From Candidatus Dormiibacterota bacterium (GTDB lineage Bacteria > Chloroflexota > Dormibacteria > Dormibacterales > Dormibacteraceae), in contig DAITQH010000001.1 of the NCBI GenBank assembly GCA_036833175.1, positions 1 through 53,138 on the forward strand: a stretch of DNA of 53,138 nt, written 5' to 3'. Within the stretch, counting starts at the first letter, position 1; every line of letters begins with the position of its first letter. The position numbers and the translations under genes are program-made. The notes beneath the pieces were generated by a model that made no database searches, was not told the origin of the DNA, and was given only the letters and a program-made list of their open reading frames with translations. Shown piece by piece: positions 41,495-49,525 of this stretch.

Positions 41495-42706
41495 GTGCGC
41501 GTGACCATCCCGGAGTCGCGCCGGACGGTTGCGCTGTACGTCGCCGCCGGCGCTTCGTTCGCCGCGCTCGCAGCACGCGGCCTCACGGTGCCGCTGTACG
41601 CGCACGACCTTGGCGCAAGCCGGTTCGAAGTTGGCGCCCTGTTTTCTGTATCAACCCTCGCCGCCGCCCTCCTGTCGCTTCCCTCGGGGATCCTCATCGA
41701 TCGCTTCGGCGCCAGAACGCTGCTGGGCATTTCTTTCGTCCTCGCGGCGGGATCGCAGATCGCCACGGCTTTCACTCCAAGCGTGGCGCCGCTGTTCTTG
41801 TGGCAGGTGATCGGCGGATTGGCCGCAGGCATGCAGCAAGCGGCGCTCTTCAGCGCGGTGACAGAATCCACCTCAGGCAGCCGCCTTGGGCGCGCCATGG
41901 GCTGGCTCACCTTCTCGATGCAGGTCGGATTCTTTCTCGGGCCGTCCATCGCAGGCATCGCGCTGCGCTGGATCAGCGTGAGGACCGATATCGGGGTCAC
42001 GACCGCGCTCTTGCTATTTGCTTTGCCGGCCGCGTTCGCGGCAAGCGGGACGAAGCAGGTTTCGGGTCGCGGACTGTCGCTGAGAGCGCCGCTGCGCGCC
42101 CTGCTTGCGCAGCGATCTTTCCTGCCTGTGTCGATCGGGCTTGTCGCCGCGACGTTGGCATGGGGCACCATCGGAGCGTTTCTACCGGTTTTCGGCCGAG
42201 AGGCGCTTGGGCTGCCGAACGCGCAGGTCGGCTACCTGCTCGCACTCCAGGCGGTGGTCAACGGGCTCTCGCGGCTGCCGGGTGGCCGCCTCGTCGACCG
42301 CGCCCGTCACCGGTGGCCGATCGTGTTCATCGGGGTGATCGGCTGGTCAGCGGCTGCCGTCGTGCTCGGTCACCTGACCGGGTTCGTCGGTCCCGCGATC
42401 GTGCTGGCAGCCGGCACTCCGTTCATGGCTACGGCCTTTGTCGCGATGGGCGTCGTCTTCGGTGATCTGTCCGCCGCGTCGACGCGCGGAATCACCATGG
42501 GCATCTACGGGACCATCCTGTTCCTGGGTCTGTCGGCGGGCCCGCTACTGTTCGGTCCGGTGGTGCAGACCTTCGGCTACGCGGCGGGCTTCACCGCCTG
42601 CGCCGCGGTTGCGTCGGCGCTTGTGCTCCTGATGGCCGCGCTGCACGCCGAGCCACTGCGCGGTCGGGTCGAGGTGCCGCTGCCTCCCCCGGCGCCAGGG
42701 ACCTGA
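41495..42706 (+). CDS. MFS transporter
   Basis: 403 aa with a GTG start. Twelve-helix pattern and loop motif GILIDRFGAR. Confidence 0.8.
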   Translation: MRVTIPESRRTVALYVAAGASFAALAARGLTVPLYAHDLGASRFEVGALFSVSTLAAALLSLPSGILIDRFGARTLLGISFVLAAGSQIATAFTPSVAPLFLWQVIGGLAAGMQQAALFSAVTESTSGSRLGRAMGWLTFSMQVGFFLGPSIAGIALRWISVRTDIGVTTALLLFALPAAFAASGTKQVSGRGLSLRAPLRALLAQRSFLPVSIGLVAATLAWGTIGAFLPVFGREALGLPNAQVGYLLALQAVVNGLSRLPGGRLVDRARHRWPIVFIGVIGWSAAAVVLGHLTGFVGPAIVLAAGTPFMATAFVAMGVVFGDLSAASTRGITMGIYGTILFLGLSAGPLLFGPVVQTFGYAAGFTACAAVASALVLLMAALHAEPLRGRVEVPLPPPAPGT

Positions 42707-43184
42707 CGTACTCGGCGATCACCTTCTGGTGGCTCGGGAACGCCAGCGCGGGAAGGGTGTCTAGACGGAAGACTCCGACCTCGAGCATCTCGACTCCCAC
42801 CGCCGGCCTTTCGCCGTCGACCAGCCGGCCGCGATACGCGATGACCACCATGCTGGGAGCGTCGGTCTTCGGGATGTGCTGGACGCCGATCAGGCCGGTC
42901 ACCTCGACCTGGGCGCCGATCTCTTCAAGGCATTCGCGCGTGGCAGCCATCGCAGGGTCCTCGTTGTCGTTGACGAATCCGCCAGGTAGGCACCACAGGC
43001 CGTAACCGGGCTCGATCGACCGCCGGCCCAACACGATCCCGCCTTCGGTCTCCACGACAACAGCCGTCGAGACCTTCGGGTCGTGCCACAGGATGAAGCT
43101 GTCGCGAGGACACGCCTCCACTTCGCGGCCTTCGATGACGCGCGTCACCAGGGGGGTGCCGCAGTTGACGCAGAAATGCCCCAC
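42591..43184 (-). CDS. NUDIX hydrolase with N-terminal zinc ribbon
   Basis: 197 aa: MGHFCVNCGTPL...CP. Nudix box GGFVNDNEDPAMAATRECLEEIGAQV. The Arg-rich C-terminal tail overlaps the MFS gene end by 116 nt. Confidence 0.8.
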   Translation of the reverse strand: MGHFCVNCGTPLVTRVIEGREVEACPRDSFILWHDPKVSTAVVVETEGGIVLGRRSIEPGYGLWCLPGGFVNDNEDPAMAATRECLEEIGAQVEVTGLIGVQHIPKTDAPSMVVIAYRGRLVDGERPAVGVEMLEVGVFRLDTLPALAFPSHQKVIAEYVRSLAPGEAAAPRPDRAVARRAARPSGAQAPTQPRRRR

Positions 43185-43206
43185 TCCAGGGAGCAGGTTA
43201 CGCAGG

Positions 43207-44358
43207 TTACGTTTGCGCGGGCGCGGTGTGCTGCTGCTGCTTGGAGGGGGCCTTCATGTCCGCGACGCGGACCTGGTTGCGGCCGCCTTGCTTGGCGGCA
43301 TAGAGCGCCTGGTCGGCGCGCTCCATCAACGTGGTGAACAGCGCCGGCTCGTCGGTGGCGGCGACCCCGATGCTGATGGTGAGCTTCAGCCCGCCCGGGA
43401 ACGTCGCCGCCGCGACCTTCGCGCGGATCCGCTCGGCGAGGGTTCGCGCTCCTGCCTCGGTCGTCTCGTGGAGGATCATGCCGAACTCTTCCCCGCCGTA
43501 ACGCGCGCACACGTCGGACTCGCGGGCGCCGGTGACGAGGATCGAGGCCAGCTCTGCCAGCACCGCGTCACCGTTGAGATGGCCGTACGTGTCGTTGACC
43601 TGCTTGAAATGGTCCAGGTCGATCATCAGGAACGCGATCGCGTTGTGATGCCGCCGCGCCCGCTGCATCTCCTCCAGGAAGCGCTGCGCAAGCGCGCGCC
43701 TGTTGGGCAGCTTCGTCAGCTCGTCGGTGAGCGCGTTCTCTTCTTGCGCCTGAAAGAGCTGGGCGTGCCGGATGGCGATGGCGGCTTCCGAGGCGACGCC
43801 GTTGAGCAGGTCTGCCTGGTCCTCTGTCAACTCGCGCCACGCGTTGAGGTACAGCTCCATCGCCCCCATCAGCTGTCCCGAGCGCTGAACCGGGACGACG
43901 AGGACGTGCTGTGGATGACCACCGCCTTCGATGCCTGGAGCGGTGCGTTCGTCGAGCTTGACGACAAGAGGGCGCATGGCGGCGATGGCCGTGTGGACCG
44001 GCTCCTCGTCGATCTTGCGGACGGCTCCGCGAGCGCGATGGGTCAGGTTGTATTCGGCTTCCCTTTTCATCTCGGACTTGCCCTGCTGGACGAGATACAT
44101 CGCCCCGGCAACGGCGCCCATGATCCGGCCGGCATGCGTCAGAGCGACGTTGAGAACCTCCTCGAGAGCAAGCGAGGAGTTGACGGCGGAGGCGATGGCC
44201 AGCAGCAGGGCAGCTCGGTCGCGGGCCCCGCTCTCGTCGTCCAGGGCTGCCTGGAGCTCCCGCGTCGTCCCGCGAAGCCGCATCAGCGAGATCATGAGGA
44301 GCAGGAAGGCGACCACAAGCAGGACGGACGTGACGAGCAGTACGGCGGCGAGATCCAA
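43207..44358 (-). CDS. Membrane-anchored GAF-GGDEF diguanylate cyclase
   Basis: 383 aa with a TTG start and GGGAGGG 12 nt upstream. TM helix, GAF-like region, then the GGDEF domain (LTKLPNRRAL, MIDLDHFKQVNDTYGH, RYGGEEFG). An RxxD I-site (RESD) lies 5 residues before GGEEF. Confidence 0.9.
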   Translation of the reverse strand: MDLAAVLLVTSVLLVVAFLLLMISLMRLRGTTRELQAALDDESGARDRAALLLAIASAVNSSLALEEVLNVALTHAGRIMGAVAGAMYLVQQGKSEMKREAEYNLTHRARGAVRKIDEEPVHTAIAAMRPLVVKLDERTAPGIEGGGHPQHVLVVPVQRSGQLMGAMELYLNAWRELTEDQADLLNGVASEAAIAIRHAQLFQAQEENALTDELTKLPNRRALAQRFLEEMQRARRHHNAIAFLMIDLDHFKQVNDTYGHLNGDAVLAELASILVTGARESDVCARYGGEEFGMILHETTEAGARTLAERIRAKVAAATFPGGLKLTISIGVAATDEPALFTTLMERADQALYAAKQGGRNQVRVADMKAPSKQQQHTAPAQT

Positions 44359-44444
44359 GGAACCAGAACCCTCCCGGCGCTGAAGTTGTCATAGGTTAAC
44401 GCTCGAACCTCTGGGTTGGTTCTAACGTTTCGATCGAAGACGGG

Positions 44445-44545
44445 GTGGAGCTTTAGGCCGGATTCACTCCGGCCGTCATCCAAGCGCGTCACTTCCAAGC
44501 GACTCCATGCCCTGCCGAGGAGGGGAGGGGGTTCCGCGGGGGAGC
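44445..44545 (-). repeat. Third copy (inverted) of the 26452/26653 repeat core
   Basis: The reverse complement reads GCTCCCCCGCGGAACCCCCTCC...GCTTGGAA...TGACGGCCGGAGTGAATCCGGCCTAAAGCTCCAC. The end blocks are near-identical to 26452-26547 and 26653-26749. The hairpin GGCCGGA-N5-TCCGGCC is at 44456-44474. Confidence 0.75.
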
Positions 44546-44579
44546 AATCAGTAGGCCCATCCTCCTCGCGCTTGCGCGC
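44514..44579 (-). repeat. Short dispersed repeat, copy 2 of 2 (abuts the copy above)
   Basis: Plus-strand GCCGAGGAGG[GGAGGGGGTTCCGCGGG]GGAGCAATCAGTAGGCCCATCCTCCTCGCGCTTGCGCGC. It matches 34526-34575 outside the bracketed block. Confidence 0.6.
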
Positions 44580-44623
44580 GACCGCTGTCCTCCCCCGCGC
44601 TCTCAGGCTATACTCGCGCCGAT

Positions 44624-45436
44624 CTGGAGCCCCTCTCTTTCGACGATCTCCCGCTAGGCGGCGAATGGACCACCCGCCGCCGCACCATCTCTGAATCAGA
44701 GATCGCCCTGTTTGCCGGCGTTTCGGGCGATTTCTCCCCTCTTTCCATCGAAGCCACCCCCGGACACGTGCGGGTCGCTCCGCCCGCCCTGCTCGTCGCG
44801 GTGGCCGTCGGCCTGGGCACGATCGACATGCCGGTGCCGTCGGTGGAGGAATGGGAATGGCTGAACTGGAAGTTCCCGCGCGCCGTGCACGCCGGCGACA
44901 CGATCTTCGCTCGCTGGACGCTGACCCAGAAGCGGCCCCCGATCGGCGGCGCGCCAACCTCGATCGTCGTCTGGCGGGTCGACGTTCACACCGCCGATGG
45001 CGCCCTTTGCGCCGAAGGCGAGGTGGGAGCCAAGGTGAGACGCCACCTGGCGCCCAAGGAGCGCGAGCGTGCCCAGGAGGCGCCCGCGACCACCGGCGCC
45101 GCGGCCGCGGGCGGCGCGGCAGCGCGTGGAAGGCGGCGAAGGCGCCGCCCGGCGGGCGCCAACGGGCAACCGGTCGAGACCCCGGTCATCGCCGCCCCGC
45201 CGGCACCGGTCGCCAAGCCGGAAAGGGTTGCCGGGACCGGCGCGCCTCGCAGACGGCGGCGGCGACGGCCGTCCGGCGCCACGGCGGCCGGGCGAGACGG
45301 GGAAGCTGCCGGGAGCCCGGCACCTCCATCGGAGGCTGCGCCTCCACCGCCTCCAGCCGCACCGAATGCTCCTGCGAGCGAGCGAGGCGGCATCGGCGGG
45401 GTCATCCGCCGCCTCCGCCAGCCCAGGCGCTCCTAA
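44624..45436 (+). CDS. MaoC-like (hot-dog fold) protein with Arg/Pro/Ala-rich C-terminal tail; start codon unclear, possibly a pseudogene
   Basis: The track ORF starts at GTG 44768, but the hot-dog homology continues upstream in frame (LEPLSFDDLPLGGEWTTRRRTISESEIALFAGVSGDFSPLSIE...). There is no ATG, GTG or TTG between the in-frame TAG at 44552 and 44768; CTG codons are at 44585, 44624 and 44708. The tail has runs of 6 Arg (45131-45148) and 7 Arg (45248-45268). Confidence 0.55.
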   Translation: MEPLSFDDLPLGGEWTTRRRTISESEIALFAGVSGDFSPLSIEATPGHVRVAPPALLVAVAVGLGTIDMPVPSVEEWEWLNWKFPRAVHAGDTIFARWTLTQKRPPIGGAPTSIVVWRVDVHTADGALCAEGEVGAKVRRHLAPKERERAQEAPATTGAAAAGGAAARGRRRRRRPAGANGQPVETPVIAAPPAPVAKPERVAGTGAPRRRRRRRPSGATAAGRDGEAAGSPAPPSEAAPPPPPAAPNAPASERGGIGGVIRRLRQPRRS

Positions 45437-46302
45437 GCCGGTATTTCCAGCGCCTCCAGGTACTCGATCACCCGGCGGGTGAGCTGGGTCGGGGTCGAGG
45501 CGCCGCTTGTCACGCCGACCTTCTTGGCGCCGGCGAACCAGGCCAGGTCCAGGTCTTCGAACTTGTCCACGAGGTAGGCCGGCTTCTTGCCCAGCTTCTT
45601 GACGACCTCGACCAGGCGTAAGGAGTTTGACGAGCGCGGGCTGCCGACCACGATGACGAGGTCGACTTCCTTGGCCGCCTCGACCGCCGCCTCCTGGCGC
45701 TCCTGCGTCGCCCGGCAGATCTCGTTGTGGACCTCGGCCTGGGGATAGCGGGATTTGACCCGCCCGATCAGGTCCTCCGTGTCCCAGACGGAAAGCGTCG
45801 TCTGGCATGTCACCGCGATACGGTCGCCATGGAGGTCGAGCGCGTCGATGTCCTCGGGGTCCTGCACGAGGTGAACCTTCCCTGGCGCCTCGCCCATGAC
45901 GCCTTCGGGCTCCGGGTGCCCCTTGCGCCCGATGTAGACGACGTCATAGCCCTTGTTGGCCAGGTCGGCGACCAGCTCGTGGGTGCGCACGACGTCCGAG
46001 CAGGTGGCGTCCACCGGCTTCAAACCGAGCTCGACGGCACGCTGTTTGACCTGCGGCGAGACCCCGTGGGCGGTGAAGATGACCGTGCCTTCCTTGATCT
46101 GGTCCAGGCCGGCGAACCGGTCGGGCTGGTCGACCAGCTCGATGCCCTGCGCCTGAAGGCCGTCGGTGGCGTGGGTGTTGTGGACCAGCATGCCGAGCAT
46201 GTGCACCGGCCCATTGGTCTCCTCACGCACCCGCTTGGCGATCCGGAAAGCGTCCACCACGCCATGGCAGTACCCGCGTGGCGTGATCTTGAGGACTTCC
46301 AT
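45433..46302 (-). CDS. ispH: 4-hydroxy-3-methylbut-2-enyl diphosphate reductase
   Basis: 289 aa: MEVLKITPRGYCHGVVDAF...LVHNTHATDGL...FTAHGVSP...TCQTT...VVGSPRSSNS. Confidence 0.95.
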   Translation of the reverse strand: MEVLKITPRGYCHGVVDAFRIAKRVREETNGPVHMLGMLVHNTHATDGLQAQGIELVDQPDRFAGLDQIKEGTVIFTAHGVSPQVKQRAVELGLKPVDATCSDVVRTHELVADLANKGYDVVYIGRKGHPEPEGVMGEAPGKVHLVQDPEDIDALDLHGDRIAVTCQTTLSVWDTEDLIGRVKSRYPQAEVHNEICRATQERQEAAVEAAKEVDLVIVVGSPRSSNSLRLVEVVKKLGKKPAYLVDKFEDLDLAWFAGAKKVGVTSGASTPTQLTRRVIEYLEALEIPA

Positions 46303-46363
46303 GGTCTCCTTCGAGTCTACGCGGCGGCTCGATGCCGCCCAAAAGGGCGCCAGGCGACGTGCT

Positions 46364-47170
46364 TTAGCTGATACCCGCGAACAGGTCGTTCTCCGGAAGC
46401 TCGGAACCAGGCTTCCCTCGGACCAGCTGGTAGTACTCCGTCCCGAACACTAGCTCGTAGATCTGGCTCGCCATGGTCGTGAACCATGAGTTCGGATCGT
46501 TCTGGCTCACGTGCGCGCCGAAAGCCTCGCGTTTCTGCTCGACGTAGTCGTGGACGTCCACCTTGGTCGTCACCAGCTCGTCGGGAGTGCCCGCGATGCG
46601 CATGTTGCTGTTCTGGGCGCGCTGCGCGTCCTCGGGCATCTGCGACATGAACGCTTCCATCAGCGACCGGGGAATGGCCGTGTAGTAGAGCTTCTTGGGC
46701 GACCAGCCCTCCCGCTCGAGCAGGTCCAGCGCCGCGTTCGTGACAAGGTGCGCCTTGATGTGGTCGGGGTGGCCGTACACGCCGTCCTCCGCATACGTCA
46801 CCACGACGTCCGGCCTCTCGTCGCGGACGAGCACCGCCAGCTTGGCCGCCGCCTCATCGAGAGGAGCCTGGTGGAACGAGCGCGGGTCCTTGTTGTCGGC
46901 TGTATCGACCATGCCCGAGTCGCGGTAGCCGAGAAACTCGACCCGGTCGACGCCGAGGATCTCCGCAGCGGCCTTGAGCTCCTCGGTCCGGATCTCGCCC
47001 AGCTTGGGGCGCGACGCCGTCTCGTCCATGTTGTAGATCTCACCCACCTCACCTCGAGTCGCGGTGGCGAGCACCACGCGGTGGCCGTGCGCTTTGGCTT
47101 TCATCATCACGCCGCCGGTCGAGATCGCCTCGTCGTCCGGATGCGCGTGGACAAGCAGCAGTGTTCCCAT
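46364..47170 (-). CDS. PIG-L/LmbE family N-acetylglucosaminyl deacetylase (MshB/Mca/BshB-like)
   Basis: Start taken at ATG 47170, a 1-nt overlap with the HAD gene stop: MGTLLLVHAHPDDEAISTGGVM...YGHPDHIKAH. Confidence 0.8.
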   Translation of the reverse strand: MGTLLLVHAHPDDEAISTGGVMMKAKAHGHRVVLATATRGEVGEIYNMDETASRPKLGEIRTEELKAAAEILGVDRVEFLGYRDSGMVDTADNKDPRSFHQAPLDEAAAKLAVLVRDERPDVVVTYAEDGVYGHPDHIKAHLVTNAALDLLEREGWSPKKLYYTAIPRSLMEAFMSQMPEDAQRAQNSNMRIAGTPDELVTTKVDVHDYVEQKREAFGAHVSQNDPNSWFTTMASQIYELVFGTEYYQLVRGKPGSELPENDLFAGIS

Positions 47171-47955
47171 CAGCTTTCTGCTCCGATCAACACGTCGGCC
47201 AGCTGCTTGATTCCCCCGTGGCCTGGCCCAGGTATGGTCCGGTCCGCGGCGGCGAGCACCTCGGGCGGCGCATCTTCGACCGCGACCCCGAGGCCGGCCC
47301 ACGCAATCATCGACGCGTCGTTGCGCCCGTCACCCACCGCCACACATTGATCTTGCGGTATGCCCAGCCTGTCGCACAGGAACGCGAGCGCGGAGGCTTT
47401 GTCGCTCTCGATGCTGGTGAACTCGAGATAGGTCGGGACCGAGGTCGCGACGTTGAGCCTGCCCTTCCACAAGCTGCGTGCCTCCGGCTGGAGCTTCTCC
47501 AGCGTCTCGGCGGTCGACACGATCACGAGCTTGGGCGTGGTCGGGCCCATCGCCGCAGCGAGGTCGTCAACCACGTGGATCTCCATCCCGGCGTGGTTTG
47601 CGTACTCGTGGGCCTCGGGCCTGTCGCGCTCCACGATCAGCTTGTCGTCTCGATAAGCCTGGACGTGCAGGCCGCGCTCGCGCGCGAAGCGGACCACCTC
47701 CATCGCGAGGTCGTGCTTCACCCCGCGGTCCAGGATCTTGGTGCCGTCCCGCAATCGAATCTCGGCGCCCTGGTAGCACACGATCGGAGTATCCAGGCCC
47801 AGCCGTTCGACCCAGGGCAATGCGCCCGGAAATGGGCGGCCGGTGCAGGCGACGACTGTGACGCCGGCATGGATGATCCGGTGAAGGGCCTCGACGTCGC
47901 GCGGATCCAGGTTGAGCTTCATATCCAGGATCGTGCCGTCGAGGTCGAGGGCCAT
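47170..47955 (-). CDS. Cof-type HAD-IIB family hydrolase (sugar-phosphatase-like)
   Basis: 261 aa: MALDLDGTIL...VVACTGRP...AVGDGRNDASMI. Confidence 0.8.
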   Translation of the reverse strand: MALDLDGTILDMKLNLDPRDVEALHRIIHAGVTVVACTGRPFPGALPWVERLGLDTPIVCYQGAEIRLRDGTKILDRGVKHDLAMEVVRFARERGLHVQAYRDDKLIVERDRPEAHEYANHAGMEIHVVDDLAAAMGPTTPKLVIVSTAETLEKLQPEARSLWKGRLNVATSVPTYLEFTSIESDKASALAFLCDRLGIPQDQCVAVGDGRNDASMIAWAGLGVAVEDAPPEVLAAADRTIPGPGHGGIKQLADVLIGAES

Positions 47956-47978
47956 CAGGCGGTATCGCAGTGCGACGG

Positions 47979-48962
47979 TTATTTTTTGACCTCGGGGTTC
48001 AGGAGGTTCGGGGGCCGGCCGCCGCGAACCGCCGTCGCCATGTTCCGAGCAGCCATCGCGGACATCTCCGAACGGGTGCGGACGGTGGCGCTCGCGATGT
48101 GCGGGGCGAGCACGACGTTCGGCATCGGAATCAGGCCTGGGTGAACCGCCGGCTCACGCTCATACACGTCGAGGCCCGCGCCCGCGATCTTCTTGGAGTT
48201 GAGCGCCTCGACCAGCGCAGCTTCGTCGACCACCGGGCCGCGCGAGGTGTTGATCAGGATCGCGGTTTTCTTCATCTGGCTGAACTGCGGCGTGCTCAGC
48301 AGGTGGTGTGTCTCCTGGGTCAACGGCACGTGAACCGAGACGAAGTCGGATTCCGCGAGCAGCCTGCCCAGGTCAACCCGCGCCGCGCTCAGATCGCGCT
48401 CCGCATCCGGCGGCAAGGGCTGCGGGTCGTAGTAGAGCACGCGCATGTTGAAACCCTTGGCACGATGCGCGACACCGCGGCCGATCCGTCCGACGCCGAT
48501 CAGTCCAAGCGTCGCACCGTGCACGTCAGCGCCAAGCATCATGTCGATCGCCCAGCCTCGGAACTTTCCCTGTCGAGTGAAGCTGTCGGCCTCGACGATT
48601 CGTCGCGCGGTCGCCATGATCAGCGTGAACGCGAAGTCGGCCGTCGCGTCGTCGAGCACGCCAGGTGTGTTGGTCACCATGACCTTGTGAGCCGTGGCGG
48701 CGGGGACGTCGACGTTGTCGTACCCGACAGCCACGTTGCTGACGATCTTCAAACCGGGCGTCGAGAGGACGGTCTCGCGAATCGGGTCCATGAGCTGGCT
48801 CACGATCCCCACACAGCCTTCCGCGGCGCGCCTGATGCTCGCCTCGTCGAGCGGCTGCCCGGCAGGGTAGGCGATCACCTCGCCCGCTTCCGCGAGTATC
48901 GCCGGGCCTGGGTCGAGAATCGGGTGCATCAAGAGGACCCGAGGTCGCCCGCCCGTGCTCAT
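47979..48962 (-). CDS. D-isomer-specific 2-hydroxyacid dehydrogenase (glyoxylate/hydroxypyruvate reductase-like)
   Basis: Start taken at ATG 48962 (ATGA overlap with the HD gene stop): MSTGGRPRVLLMHPI... Motifs GLIGVGRIGRGVAHRA, NTSRGPVVDE and APHIASAT. Confidence 0.85.
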   Translation of the reverse strand: MSTGGRPRVLLMHPILDPGPAILAEAGEVIAYPAGQPLDEASIRRAAEGCVGIVSQLMDPIRETVLSTPGLKIVSNVAVGYDNVDVPAATAHKVMVTNTPGVLDDATADFAFTLIMATARRIVEADSFTRQGKFRGWAIDMMLGADVHGATLGLIGVGRIGRGVAHRAKGFNMRVLYYDPQPLPPDAERDLSAARVDLGRLLAESDFVSVHVPLTQETHHLLSTPQFSQMKKTAILINTSRGPVVDEAALVEALNSKKIAGAGLDVYEREPAVHPGLIPMPNVVLAPHIASATVRTRSEMSAMAARNMATAVRGGRPPNLLNPEVKK

Positions 48963-49525
48963 GGATTCAGCCCCAGCTCCTGTGCGATCGGTTTCAGAGC
49001 ATCGCGGACGAACTCCACGTGCTCGTCGAAGGGTATACCGAGCGCCTCTGCGCCTGCGACGAGCTCTTCGCGATGCACGCCGCGCGCGAACGCCTTGTCT
49101 TTCATCTTCTTGCGCACGGTGCTCGGCTCGACCGCGCTCAGCGATTTGTCTGGCTTGACCAGTGCGCAGGCGATGATGAACCCGCACATCTCGTCCACTG
49201 CATTGAGCGCCTTGCGGATGTTCGTGTCGCGGGGGACGTTCAGATAGTCGGCGTGTGAGGCGATGTCGCCGAGGATGTCCTCAGGCCATCCCTTCTCGCG
49301 CAGCATCGCGATCCCGCGCATCGGATGGAGGTCGAGAGTCGGCCCCGACTCGTAATCCCAATCGTGGATGAGGCCGAGCACGGCCCAGCGCTCCTCGTCC
49401 TCGCCAAAGCGCCGGGCGTAGGCGCGCATCGCGGCCTCGACGCTTCGCATGTGGCGCCGCAGCTGGTCGGTTTTCGTCATCGAGGTGACGAGCTCCCACG
49501 CTTCGTCTCGAGTCGGCGCGGTCAC
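48959..49525 (-). CDS. HD-domain metal-dependent phosphohydrolase
   Basis: 188 aa: RRHMRSVEAAMRAYARRFGEDEERWAVLGLIHDWDYE (the H...HD signature). Confidence 0.7.
   Translation of the reverse strand: MTAPTRDEAWELVTSMTKTDQLRRHMRSVEAAMRAYARRFGEDEERWAVLGLIHDWDYESGPTLDLHPMRGIAMLREKGWPEDILGDIASHADYLNVPRDTNIRKALNAVDEMCGFIIACALVKPDKSLSAVEPSTVRKKMKDKAFARGVHREELVAGAEALGIPFDEHVEFVRDALKPIAQELGLNP

Noticed and set aside
44476-44553. 25-codon mini-ORF inside the repeat on the minus strand (MGLLIAPPRNPLPSSAGHGVAWK), with the parallel MRMGLTDRPPP... at 34554 downward
   Set aside because: The GGAGG directly abuts the ATG with no usable spacing. Only the first 4-5 residues are shared, and the conservation is better explained at the nucleotide (repeat) level.
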